Below are positions 25,735 through 46,014 of a stretch of 64,000 bases of DNA, piece after piece (within the stretch, counting starts at the first letter, position 1; each line of letters opens with the position of its first letter). Origin of the DNA: Klebsormidium nitens (taxonomy: Eukaryota > Plantae > Klebsormidiophyceae); the NCBI GenBank assembly GCA_000708835.1, contig DF237215.1, forward strand, positions 1 to 64,000, read 5' to 3'. The notes under the pieces are model-generated. The model saw only the letters and a list, made by a program, of their open reading frames with translations, ran no database searches and had not been told where the DNA came from. A program made the translations under genes and the position numbers.

Positions 25735-26726
25735 GTGCGCTGAAGGAGAAAAGCAGCACTCGCAATGCTAAACCACTTCTACGAAGAAAGCACGTTGACT
25801 AGTTCTGCATCATGAAGCACTTGTAAGATACAGCCATAGATTCCGCCATTTTCGAGGCTGCAGGCTACATGAGTGCTGCTTAGTCAAAAAACAGCGGCCT
25901 GGAAGATAAAGCACCATCTTTGATCGGCCCTCCCCGGAGTGTGCTTTGGAGCCACACCCAGACCACTGCCAGATCGACCAGCAAAGTTTGCGCTTGCCGC
26001 CTTTGCGTTGCGCGGCTTTGTGTTGCTTGCTGTTGGGGCGTCGCGGCCGCGATTCGATCCCGCGACGCCGCCCCCGACCGTGGCAAACTTGAAACCCTGC
26101 TGGACGCCCGTGGGCCGCCCGGGGCGTGACTGGATCGGACGTCCAAAGAGAAGTACGCGGACGGTCCAGTTCTATGTAAGTTTTGGACGGATCGAGATGA
26201 CCGAATCTACTCGGCCGGTGACTCGTACCGGCCGGGTATCTCCAGCCCGTAAATGCAGGCGGTATCGGCCGGTAGGTGCAAAATGAGCCATGCGATCGAC
26301 CGGGGAAACCGCGCAGACTCCCAGTTCAGATTTTGCGGAAGTCGGTGCAGTATTTGACACCGTTGACTTGGTTCTGTCGTGGTGTAGAAGACGTTCTGAC
26401 GTCTTGCTCTTGGCCCGTGCCACAAGAAGGGTCGTCGACTACAGTGGGGAGCACTAGATCCGCACGCAATAACAGGACGCCGCACAGGCCACCATTATTT
26501 GGACAATTTGGGGGACGACACCACTGCAAGACTTGCAGCTTGTCGCAGCGGTTCCCCTCAGTGGTTTCGGAGGGGCTCGCAAGAAGTGGATACACGTACG
26601 AGTAGCCGCTTAGACTCCTTGGTTATTCTATGCTTAGCGTGGTTCATGATCGATTAGAATTTTGTTGTTGCTGATGCTTTGTGAAAGGCCCGGTGAAACG
26701 CTAGTGCTGGTGCCGCCTTTGCAGCC

Positions 26727-29700
26727 ATGGACTTCGTTGATGCTCCCATCACCCGGCTCAGTTCTCTCCGTTCTTTGAAAACAGTGCCCAGCCTGAGCAG
26801 GGCCGAATATCGCTCAGGCCGTGAGGCGACTCCTTCTCAGCAAGAGCCTGATCAGAATGGGGATGTCGAAGTTGTGTACGACTCTCAAAAAGTTGCTGAG
26901 TTGCTGAAAGCAACACCAACAAAGAGAGGTGACAGTAGTTCTACTGCGCAGAACACCCCCCGTCAGGTCCTCCATAAGCTCAAGTCCGGGGATCACGGCT
27001 CGGCAGATAGAGATATAGTGGAAAACCTGAAGAAGCAGGTAGGACCAAGCTTGGTTGTCTGTGTTGGGGTGGTGATTGCCTCTGCCTAATGACATGTCCC
27101 TAATCACGAAGCCCCAGGGTTGGTCTGGAGGTCTTGAATCTACCTGCTTCCTGTTGATTTCCCATTGATCGACATTCAATTATATCTTTGCGTTTGTAAC
27201 CCTGCTACAGAATTGAGTTCTCTTACGCTGTCTACTGCCAGATGTGCCACAATAGTTCAGCCAGCAACTCTAGCGAAAGACTTTTGGGGCTGTTCATCTT
27301 TCCTCTCCAGTTTTGTTGGTTCAACCAGGACATGAGTCCTCCTGTTTGCAGTCTGTATCTTGAGCACGAATTCAACTTTACAGACGGTAAATCTGATTCG
27401 CAGCCATGTCCGATGTCGGGACACACAGAATTCCCGCCAAACAATCAGCACTAGAGTGCAAAGGGATTCCTGGTACCAACCAGACTTCTTTCGGTACCGG
27501 TTGCAGGTACTTATTCTCGAAAAGAAGCTGCAGGACCAAGAGTTGAACGGGACCCTGGCAGAAGGGACGAGCGCTCGCCTGCAGCTCAACGAATTCAAGG
27601 CCAGCGTGCAGAATGGACTCAAGACAGGGCTGCTGGAGCTGGAGCAGAGATACGAGGCAAGCCACGTTTCCTCTGAGATTTAGAGTTTCCAAACGCTTCT
27701 CTAATTCTCCGTGAGAGTGCAGTAGTTGAGGCAGAAGCAATGCGCTCTCCGTCTCTAGAGCGAGAAAGACAATCGAGGAGTGGGGTGCGCATCTTTCAAA
27801 TGTGCCTCCTTTGTGGAAGTATTGTGACGAGAACAGGGTGACGCTCCGGAGCCTAAAGGATTTGCAAGCAAAACGAGACTTACTAGTCGTTGGAAAGAAG
27901 CAAGAGAGATTAAAAGCTTGCCATGAGGCCTTCAATCAAAGTGAAGGACACAAATTCACGGAATTCGTATGATAAGCCGCTCAGCTTCTTATGGGAAACT
28001 CCTCTCGCAGAGAATCTTGGAGGGCATGGCCGAGTGCTTGACGGAGGAGCTGACGCGGATGCAGGATCACGTCATGCTGATGCAAGAACAGATTGACACC
28101 CAGAAGTCCATGCTGCAAAAGGTTGGGTCCTCGCGCTCTTAGTATAAAGTGGTTTGGAAGCAGCTCGTTCTTCGTTGTCACAGGTACCCGTTCTCCAGCT
28201 TACAAGCAGTATCCTGATCTGGCCGGATCGTTCGAAGCCTTACGAAGACCCTGCGATCTCACGGACTGTCGGCGTCTTCAAAGAACATGTTAGGATCTCG
28301 AGATCAGCACTGGTTGCAAAAGAGAATCGAAGAGGCCCTAGGTCGAGGTCCTTTTGAGAAAAAGGCTAAGAATCAAGCCCGCTATTTATGTGCCGCTTTC
28401 GAGCAGCGGCACGAACTTGATCATCATCCGAGATGCACATAGAAATGGAACCGCTTTTTTCGTTGCCCTCACAGGTTATCCCAGACATGCAGAAGAAGAT
28501 GGACCACGAAAAGACTTCCTACTCGTAAGGTCCTTTGCGCCTCCTTTCAATCATTCTATGGGCTGTCGATCAGAACCATTGAGCTGGGGTTCGATTTCGC
28601 CTTCTTGTATCTGTTTCTGAGTCCAGGGATTCTTGCATCCAAGGCTGTCTTACCTCAGATTCCCTTCTCTCTATGAGGACTTTCCTACTTTCGAAAGGCC
28701 GTACATACAATTCTTATCAAGTGAGAAGCATCTCCGTTGTCGGCTCGGACGCTGGTCAGTACGCGCATCAAAGAGGAGCTTGCGCTGCGTCTCCGAAACG
28801 GGTCGGTAGAGCCCGCATGCTTCCTATTGCTTTAGGATCCTATCCGCGGGTACTTCCGCCACTGAAGCTTTGAACCAGAAGCTGACTCGATAATGTTCTC
28901 AAACGCGATTTCGCGCTTTCGGATCCACTGAACCAGACTCGTCTTTGCGTGCAGCCTCGTCCAGAAGTCCATGCGAGACAGCAAGCAGCAGCTTCAAGAG
29001 GCTATCGCTCAACAGAACAAATCGGTGGGTTCCCATATCGTCGGCAGCAGATAGTTGCTGCTTGTTCCCAGGGCTCGATCTCTGCCGTCTCGAGTTTCTT
29101 GCATTGGACGATATGGAACAACACGTTTTCAGGAACGTACAACTTAAACATCAAGCAAGTGAGTCTTCATTCAAGGGAATGTTGTGACTTTGATTGTTGA
29201 GCTGGAACGCGCGGGCCGGAAACTTTCTCAAGCTGGTTTACAGAGGAAAAAGCTTGAAAAAGCTTCGTCCTTTGGTAGAATAGCGTTTTGTAGGTGGTCT
29301 GGGGAGTGAGCTACGATGTCTCTTAAGTGGATCTGGTTTTTCCGCGACAGCAACATGCGACTCACCCGGCGCAAACCTCCTTTTCTTCCTCCGCGCAGAA
29401 CCAGGACCTCCGTGACCGGATCGAGATGTTGGAGAAGGAGCAACACGAGAATAGCCTCAATCTGTTTGGGGTAAGGCAACATTGGAGCCACACCTTGAGC
29501 AGTACGAGTTTGCGTTCCAGATTTAGCATCTTCCTATCCTCGTCTTCACTCTTTGATATCTCAGCAGCGGCCGACTGCCTTCTTTGTGGACTTCTCCTGA
29601 TACGCATAATTGCGTTGATTGTGGACGACGCGGGTGCCTCTCCTCAAAACTCGTCCGCCCGGCCTTTGCAGATCTTCCTTCAAGAGACCCTTTGCTGCTG

Positions 29701-29749
29701 CTTCGTCTCGCGGAGACGATACAAGTCCCCAATTTGGGATCGGGACTAG
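26727..29749 (+). CDS. Hypothetical multi-exon coiled-coil protein
   Basis: Exon 26727-27038 ends LKKQ|GT. Heptad-rich segments follow (VLILEKKLQDQEL..., EELTRMQDHVMLMQEQIDTQK, LVQKSMRDSKQQLQEAI, NQDLRDRIEMLEKEQ), ending in IFLQETLCCCFVSRRRYKSPIWDRD*. Internal exon boundaries were not all resolved. Confidence 0.6.
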
Positions 29750-30332
29750 GCTTTGTCCTAAACGTGTACCGCAACTTACTAGATCAGAGCAAGGCCTTCT
29801 GAGCTAGCTAGCACTCTAGAAGCAGGAAGAAAGGTCGTGTATTAATTGCAATGATTAAATCGATGGATTGCGAACCTTCCTCTTACTGAGGTTTACTGCA
29901 AAACTATGATGAGAACCATGCCAACTCATGTCAAGTTCCGTCACTACCTCAAAAGTACCAGTTACTGCCTTTCCTACTCGTCACGGCGCACCTTGAACAA
30001 GAGTAAGATACATGACTTCGTGCGCTAAACGAAGAAAGCTTTTAGGTGCAACGTATCTCGCTGGTACAGTAACACTCAAAATCAGACGTTGCAATTGATG
30101 AAGTGCAGGAATAATGTGTCAAAGGCAACCAAAATGGTGTCGTGTCTGGCAGTTGCATCCAGACCGATCGAGAGAATAGGGATCAATCGTTGGTGCACTG
30201 GAGAGTTAAGATATACCGCAGCTGCTGATCGCGGCCAGGTTTACAATCATATACTATGGGATCAAACTTATTTGAATGTGCTACTGCCTTGCAGTTTATA
30301 CGTCATCTGCAAGTCTCTGAGCTTCTACGAGT

Positions 30333-32667
30333 TCATTGCAAGATGCCGTCGCCATGACGGTTTCGAGCTCGATTGATCGACTCAACTAAGGCCTGGCTAC
30401 ATTCCGCTTTGAAGCGCTTGGTGAAAAAGGAGTTATGCAGCGGCCAATTTACGATGGACTCAGGCAGCTCTAGAAGAGCACTACAGCCGGCTAAATCAAC
30501 GATGGATATATTGCACCAATCTCCTACGCAACTTGGCAAACATCTTATCCCCGTACAGTCCTTGAAGCTGATTACTTTCAGCTTTTTCCACTCCCTAACC
30601 GACTCGGGAAGACCCTCCAAAGCAGTGCACGCCTCGCGTCCTTCATAGGTGCCCAAGATCAGGTTACGGAGAGTGTGCCATGAGCCTACACTCTGAGGCA
30701 AGGCCCTCAACCGATTGCAACCACTCAGAGTTGCCCACTCTAATGCCCTCCACTGGCCTACACTTTCTGGGAGGCACTTCAGGCCCGGACACGAAAGCTT
30801 GACGTCCTGCAAGCAGCCCCACGAGCCTACGGTTTCTGGCAACTGCAGCAATTGGGAGCTGTTCAAGTAGAGGGTTTTCATTTTTTTCCAGGCTCCAACC
30901 GCGCTCTCTGGAAGCGTCTCAACCTCCAAGCCGTTGATAGATAGCCTTTCGAGGTTGGTCCATCCTTCCGCGCTTTGTGGTAACGCTGCCATGCCGCCGA
31001 AGTACGCACACTGGAGGTTCGCCCAGGCCCCCACCTCTGACGGGAGAACCAAGTTCGTCTGACCCCTGTTATAAAATATCTTTCGCAGCTGCTTCCAATG
31101 GCCTGCTTCGCTGGGCAGCGATATTTTACCTCTCACAGCTGACTACATCCAACAGCTCCAAACTCTTCCATCCCCTGACTCCAGCCGAAAGGTCTCGAAG
31201 CTTGCTGCATAGGTTAATATTTACCACTTGGAGCCGAACGCAACGCTCGACCGAGTCAGGAAGGTGGTCTATTCCAATCTGGAAGAGGGAGAGGCGAGTT
31301 AAGGATTCCCATGATTGGAACCGCAGCGTCTGGAGCAGCGAAGCGCTGACACAAGCAGGCTCTTCTCTGTCTGGTGTTTCAGCTCGCAGTGTGCGCATAG
31401 ATGAGCATTGCGACAAAGTCAGGACCTCCAGGGCGAACCACCCTTGCGCTCCTCCTGGCAGGGCTCTGAGCTTGTCGCACCTTGTGGTGCTTGCCGCTCT
31501 CAGATGAGACCAGCTACCAACCCCCTCGGGAAGGGACTCGAGAGCAGCACAAGAGTAGACACTTAAATTCTCCAGATCTGTCCATCCAGCGACACTTTCT
31601 GGAAGATCGCGGATCTTGTCGCAGCAATCCAAGGTAAACCTGCGCAAGCTCCTCCATCCCGCCACCTCCAAAGGCAGCCTGACAAGTTGCTCGCACTTGC
31701 TGATTTCTGCAGATAGCAAGGACCTCCATTCCCCGACAGCTGCAGGGAGCTCACGCAAGCTGACGCCATGTAATGAGATCATCGTCAACCGGTGCCAAGA
31801 TCCTACAGCAGGTGGCAACTCTGTTACTCCGGGACACGACCACAGATGGAGCTTTTGCAGATTAGACCAGGCACGCACCTCCTTCGGAAGCGGCCTAAAT
31901 ATGGGTGCGTTGCGGATCTTAACTCGCTTGATCTGCTTCCAAGACGAGACACCTCCAGGGAGACCCTTCAGATTGGGGCAAGAATCTAGCACCAACTCTT
32001 GAAGGCTTTTCCATTTCCCAACCGCCTCAGCTGGAAACTCCGCAGCGGTCAGCTTTTCTAAGTTCAGAGACCGTAGACTTGTCCAAGACCTGCTTTCGGA
32101 AGGCAGTGCTTCGCAATGGAACAGCTCCAAGTTCTGCAGATTTGTCCACCGTCTGACTTCCTCGGAAACCTGGTCAAAGTCGAATTCAAACTCGCCATGC
32201 TCTACCACCAGGCCCTCGAGCTGGTTCCAACCTTTCACATTGCTTGGCAACAATTGCAGCGTCTGCAGCTGGCGCTGAGGCGTTCCATTGGAATCGAAAT
32301 GCAAATGCTTAATCAGGGTCCCGCTTAGGTCCAAATGATGTGTGACTCTCCTGAAAGTGGCTGCATGAGACACTGGCATTTGACTCTTTAATGTATAACT
32401 TTGCTCAAACAGAAGAGATTCGACGCGAGGAAAGACGCTCAAGAATCTGAACAAAACCTCCTCCATGTTTCGTTCATACTTGGGGCAGTCAATCCGCAAG
32501 CACCTTGTCGCCTCGCTCCCGATCGAGCGCCAGTGCCTGCAAACCTGACGGAAGCTTCTCAACGAAGCCTTGTTATCAAACCCCTCGTCCAGCATGCCCG
32601 CTACTCGGAACAGAATATCTTCTGGCAACAGGTCGTTGATACAGGCGGCTTGGCTTTGAGAAGCCAT
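30333..32667 (-). pseudogene. F-box/leucine-rich-repeat gene, otherwise intronless, interrupted by a +1 frame change at ~31126-31136 (pseudogene, assembly indel or new 64-nt intron)
   Basis: An N-terminal F-box-like motif (INDLLPEDILFRVAGML...VCRHWR) is followed by more than a dozen ~24-aa LRRs of consensus LPxxVGxWxxLxxLxLxxCxxL. These continue across ORFs 31126-32877 and 30333-31136. Confidence 0.8.
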
Positions 32668-32939
32668 TTTCGACTTACTACTACAAATGAGTTGTGTGAG
32701 AAGGAAGTCTCCTGCGCATGCGTTTCGGCGCGCGCGGCGATGCCGCGTCGCAGTCGCCGCGCCCGCCCGGATCCGCCAGTCGGACGGAACCACTGAGTTG
32801 GTAAACCCTCGTTTGAGGCCGGCCGCGCCCCTCAGGCCGACTGTTCGCCGTAGCGCGCCGCGCAAATTCTGAGTCACTCAGTCGGTACTGCAGAGAGCCA
32901 GACGTATTCGGTATTGATCCCCAACATAGAAGCCCAGCA

Positions 32940-34086
32940 ATGGCGGCGCATCACGAGGCTCGAGCTGCTTCCAGTCCTGGGGCCTTTTCCCTCTGCCTAT
33001 TGCTGCTCCTTCCCTTATGGAGCTGCGCTGTTCAAGCCGGCGCTTCCAGCGACCTACCGGTCAGAGAGCTGTCACTCCCTGAGCCAGACTTGGTGAACAA
33101 AGTTATCTTCAGCAACTTCTCAAACTGGACAAACCCTCTGCTCGGAGGACAAACCCGTGCCCTCCAGATGGTTAAGTGCCGGTCTCTCTCAAGCGGGCCA
33201 GCGTATGATCTGTACCAGGTTCAATCTCCCAATAGGGGTTGCGAATACCCCCCCACCTTGGTGTACTCTGAGCATCATCAGGCAAGGACATCTGAGCAAT
33301 GGCTGAAGATATTGGGTGTCTTTGTTTGTGTGGTTGTCGCGGGGGGGCTGGCAATCTCGGTGGGGCTACTCACTGTGGGGATGCTCATCACAATCGGCTT
33401 CGTATTCGTCGCCGCTGCTCTCTGCGGGGACGAAGCGTTCAAGCGCGATACCCTGGATGCATCTTCGCAAACTGAGAATATTGAGGATCTCCCACAAGCC
33501 TCTTGAGGAAGACACAACCGGGGCAGACTCAGCGACCCGCTCAACAGAGAGGAAAGCCCCCCATAGCAAGGACCCCGGGATTGTAATCATCTATTCGAGC
33601 CTTTTCGGCTTCTTCTGCCTCATTGCGACTCCCTTGGCTTTTGGAGCGTCCTTCCAGGTAGCATACTGCTTCAATTACGTCAACACCGTTGAGCAGCTTG
33701 GCCCGGTTCATATCCCCGATCCCTCTCAGGGCCTCAACCAATACCTGTCCTCACAGCCAGAGGGGGCCAACCTGACCCTCAAACTGTGCTCCACCGACCG
33801 TCTAAACTTCTACATAGGCTTCCCCGGAGATTGTGCGCACCTGGGGGAGCCGTATGGCGACCGCCTGCCTTAGGAGCACAGAGATGCGGACGCCTGTCCG
33901 GGCCCCGTGTTTCGTACGCTTATCCAAGTCAGCGCTTATACGACAGTTGTGCTCGTCGGTTTCGCCGTCTGTACTGGAATCGTTCGCCTCTTCAGATACT
34001 TGCTCGTGACGGGTTGCAAAGCCAAGGTTGTTCCTGCTACTGATAACAGGGGTAAGGAGCCAGAAGCTGAGGACTCTACGGTCTAG
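32940..34086 (+). pseudogene. Intronless multi-pass membrane protein gene with a +1 frameshift (~33491) and an in-frame TAG (33871-33873)
   Basis: ORF 32940-33506 gives a signal peptide plus a long hydrophobic stretch. A shifted frame gives TM plus a Cys loop up to TAG 33873. The same frame continues EHRDADACPGPVFRTLIQVSAYTTVVLVGFAVCTGIVRLF... to TAG 34086. Confidence 0.7.
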
Positions 34087-35399
34087 TCCTAAGGCTGAGG
34101 TTAGGAAACGGTTTGGCTTTGCTTTGAGTTCTTCTCTTTTAGGTTAACCTCTACTTCCTTCAGAAGGCGTGCTTCCACAGTTCCGAGGCCGCTATTTTAG
34201 AAGTTCTGCAAGATTTGATCTGTCACAAGCTTGTTGAACATTCTATCTAGTCCCATCCCTGATAACATTCAGACGCACCGTTTATTCACCGCGCCCTGGC
34301 AGCCCGCATCATGCAAGCTACACGCTTGGCGAAAGCTCGAACCTTTTTGTAGAGCTGATTATAAGATTTGTCACTAAGGTCCAAACACGAGGAGCACGTT
34401 ACGTGGCAAGCCTTTGAGTTCGTCAAAACCTACAACTGTGTCCGGGCCAGCTAGTCTCGAAATCTAGCACATCTGGAGACGCAGCCGCCACGCGCACTTT
34501 CGTGCACGGAGAGCTTCCTGAGTCGCTGTGGGGACGGTCCGCCTGGGCCGCTATGGTCCGATCAGCTTGATAACCTTGCACGTGCATGTTACCGCAAACT
34601 ATAATAGCTGGCGAACTTCAGAAAGTGTGATCGCGACGTACGGCTGACTAAGTCTTAATTGATCTGCTGCTCAGATGCATGCACATCATTTGTTACAACT
34701 CGTTGCATGATGGTCACTTTTCATACTCGCCGTAGCCAATAGGCCATAGGCTTCTCATGGCATACACATGTATGAGTGTTAGTCCCTTGTGCCTCAGTGC
34801 TATCTCATGTTTAGCTACTTCGACTACGCTTCTACCAGCTGTTCTCAAATACGCTGTACCAACTACCTCTGACTAGACTTTGGCATCTACTTATTCGAGA
34901 TCGACCTGGGCGTACGTGGACAGTAGTCTAGAGATCGTGGTGGCCGAGCGGATAGGAAGAAGCTGGCATAGGCGAGTCGTCAGAAGAGGCTTGCAGAACC
35001 GGGCTGAGACTTGATCTAGGTAACACGCCGGGCCATTAAAAAATGCCTGCCCCGTACTTCATAGCTTAGGGGATCTTTTCAATGAGGGGAAAAAGGAACC
35101 GGCGGGGCACCTTATCACATACCTCGGAATCCAGCACCAGGTACAACGGATAGAAAGTCATCTGCTGACAGCTGCCACTCCTCTGCCACTGGTGCTGAAC
35201 AATGCAACAATGAACAGAAGAATGCTGTCCCGTTTTAGCACCATGCAATAAAGGACGATCGAGGGAGGCAGTTCGAGAATAGGATGCGCTGCAGTGGGCA
35301 AGAAACTTAGATGACAAGGCTTGATACCGAATAAAAGTCAGTCCTTCTGGATGATTGCTAATAGAGGCTCTGCTCCGTGGTATGGAGTTTGGCCGAAGG

Positions 35400-36083
35400 C
35401 TTGCTAGGGCTTGGGCTTGGGCTTGGGCTATTGCTTGCCTGTAATGCAAAATCATGGGGGACATGTTAGAAACGATGACTCATGGTTCATAGAAGTGCAA
35501 GAAGCGACTTACGGTCGTGGGCAGCATGTAGAATGTATCGGCGGACTGCCGAGTCGAGGATAGGTGCACAGTAGTCATGCCAGTCAACTTCAGATCGGCC
35601 GAGCAGATACAACAATTGCATCGAAGGTGGAGAATCATTAATAAGATGCCAAACGTTGGCAGAACCGGAGTGCAACAAGTTCCCTTGAATGTTCTGCCAC
35701 ATAATGGCACGGGACTTTTTAAAAGCAGAACAATGGAGCAGAAAGTGAGCTTCGTCTTCCAAAGAGTGACCGGGGCATAATCTGCAGGACTTGCGTGCGA
35801 GAACGGCTGCGGTCGGCGGACCGTGGTGAATCCTTGCATTGAGACCAAAGTTGCCTGAGCGAAGATAGAATTTGAAAAGGGCAGATTTGCGATCATCTCG
35901 ACCAAGATAAGTCTCACGACCGTAAATAGGTTTCACGCTGCGATACAGTTCGCGTGCCGGAATTTGTGCATGGGCATAATCGTCCAAATCAGGTGGCCGA
36001 GCATGATCCTGCATGCATGCAGCCACCGCGCACGCAATAATTTGACTCAGGCGCAGTGACTGCTTCGGGAACGGCATGTGCAT
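35400..36083 (-). mobile_element. 5'-truncated non-LTR retrotransposon (LINE) 3' end: ORF2 C-terminal CCHC zinc-knuckle region plus a short-repeat tail
   Basis: ORF 35487-36083 contains RKSCRLCPGHSLEDEAHFLLHCSAFKKSR, matching the C-x2-C-x8-H-x4-C motif typical of the C-terminus of LINE RT proteins. An (AAGCCC)n run lies ~60 nt past the stop. Confidence 0.75.
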
Positions 36084-36715
36084 GATCGGATCGATCGGCT
36101 GTAGCTCTGCTTTCCCGACATGTGTGATGTCAGAAACTTGAGGAGTATTCGTTGATCGAGCTATAGCTGAAACTTAAAGCTCGGTCCACATGTTGCTGCA
36201 GCTCAAGTCTGGCCGCGAGCTAATGCGACCGTGCGCACGAAACGTCGCATCATCAGACAGCATCATTCAACCGTTGAAAGCTAGTTCCTGCACACTGGTC
36301 ATAAGACTGTGCTAAGGCGCGAGAGAATCTGAAAGACGTTAGAGAAAAAGCCTTTGACGCTGTAACGGTGGACTTATATTGCTTGGTCGATCCAAGTCGG
36401 CCAACAATCGGGTGACACTGGCACAGGTTGTACAGATTAGGATGTTTCTTTACCTAAAGCGGAGCGTTATAACTAATGGCTGAGTAAATCTGCTGCATGG
36501 CAATGACCGACTATTTGAACCAAGCTTCAACGTCCTGACTCGCGAACACCGACGCAACTTGCCTGCTAAAACCCCGTGGCTCAGCCCACGAAGCCGATTC
36601 ATATTTCCCGCGAAAACACACTCGCCTATATGTGAACCTCTCACTCACAAACGAGCTCTCAGAAAGACCTTCTCTAAGAGGCCAGGACCTGTCTATCTAA
36701 GAACATCTCGTCGAA

Positions 36716-44333
<7,618 letters not shown>

Positions 44334-44562
44334 TGCTTCCTCACTTACGAACCTTCTGCTGCTACTCAACTTTCACAAGCAGATGCGTTCCTACACGTGC
44401 TGGTCTTTGTGTATCAGTTGCTATGAGATCTACAGGCTTTTCAGCACACAAAGCTGCGGTGACTTCTCTACACTAATAGAGGTTCTGTGGACCTCTCTCT
44501 GCCACAGAAGCGCAGTCTTCTGAGGAAGTATCAGCTATTCTGATAGACACACCTCTGCCGGT

Positions 44563-46014
44563 CTACATGTGAACACTCCCCGGCTGCCCACTCGTCCCGT
44601 TCACAAGCCCCGCCGACAGGAGCAATGAATCCCCTGCAGCAGGGTATGCGCCGCCCTGCAGGTGCTGGTGCGAATGCCCCCCCTGCTGGTGTGAATGCCC
44701 TCCCTGCGGCTGATGCAACTGCTGATGCAAGTGCTGCTGGTGTAACTGTTGCACTTGATGAGGGGGGGGAGCAACCTCCTGTGCTGGCTGCTTCCTCTTC
44801 CTGCCTTTGGGAGTGGCTACAGATTGATCGGGGGCCCTGCCTGGGAGAAAGGCCGGGGGGACGGCGCCGTCCCTGAGAGTTGCTTTCACCTGGGGGTGCG
44901 CCAGAAACTTCTGCAGGATCTCTCGCGCCACGGCGGGGGGCCGGCCCTCCACCACCTGCAGGAGGGATCCAAACGTCAGCGCAGAAGACGATGCCCAGAT
45001 TTGTACCAACATAGCGTATACCACCAAGACAGGGTAACCACCAACACTACTTGGATGTACTACCATGCCCTTGGCATGTAATGCTGCAGGCAACAACCGG
45101 TTGCACAAATGCCCATCATTCTGGGGTACACCACAAGACGTCATGGAGTGGCGTGACAGATGATGGATGGTCAGAAGGATGCTAGATTTGTTTGAAAGTT
45201 GACACTCTGCATATTGAGAGCGGACCGGATTTGAGGACAATGCTTCTCGCCAAAAGACTTTTGCCTCGCTACCAAACATTTGCTTTACTATCATATACAT
45301 GCAGAAGAGGTAAAGCTCAATGATACGCCTTCCAGAGAAATGCCAAGAGGCTTGATAAGCAAGAAGTGGCACTTGCCTCAAACACAGCAACAGGGCAATA
45401 ATGCATCATTACGAATCAAAAACATTAGACAACATGGAAACTGACCCTTCTATGAAGTACATGAGGGTTTCGCTAACAGAAGGAAGTACACTGGATAAAT
45501 ACGTTGACAGTACCTGGTTATTTCATCAGAACCACTAGGAAAGCAATCAAGCCTTACAAGTAAACCAAAGAAGATGCTCATTCCCCCGCACCTCGACAAA
45601 CTTGTCGACCACCTCCTTCACCAGCTCCCTTCGAATCCTCACGTTCAAGTCCCCCTGCTGCGCTGCCTTCTGCGCCCTCACAGCCCTGAGCTCTTCCTTC
45701 TCTTTGCGCTTCCTGTCCCTGAATCTGCGCACCCTCTCCCTCGATTGAATCTTTTTCTTCTCTGCCTCTGCTTGCAGGCGCTCCTCGTCCGTCAGGGGAT
45801 GAGAATGTCCACCACCGCCAAACGCAAGTTGGCCCTGTTCCTGCTGTCCACCGTAGCCCTGACTGCCGTCCACAAGTCCAGACAAAGACAGCTGACCTGG
45901 TACGTTCAATTGATACTGAGGCTGATAGTTTTGGTAAGGTGAGGCGCCGTATGATTGCACGCCTGGAACGAGGATCGGCCTATCGCTAGGGCTCTTCGGG
46001 TAATTATCGGCCAT
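44563..46014 (-). CDS. Putative nuclear protein with a bZIP-like basic region and a Gln/His-rich tail. Exons 45592-46014 and 44563-44955
   Basis: EAEKKKIQSRERVRRFRDRKRKEKEE resembles a basic DNA-binding helix. The phase-0 GT-AG join gives DKFVE|VVEGRP. It also has an NLS-like PKGRKRK and QLHQQ repeats. Confidence 0.7.

Noticed and set aside
32668-32877. 70-aa N-terminal extension of the F-box ORF
   Set aside because: It is a GC-rich promoter-like sequence shared with the divergent gene. ATG 32667, just before the F-box, is more plausible.
34300-36500. Possible terminal inverted repeats of a DNA element around the LINE fragment, and similarity to 10500-10700
   Set aside because: Only short, gapped matches with inconsistent orientation were found, which cannot be distinguished from chance by eye.
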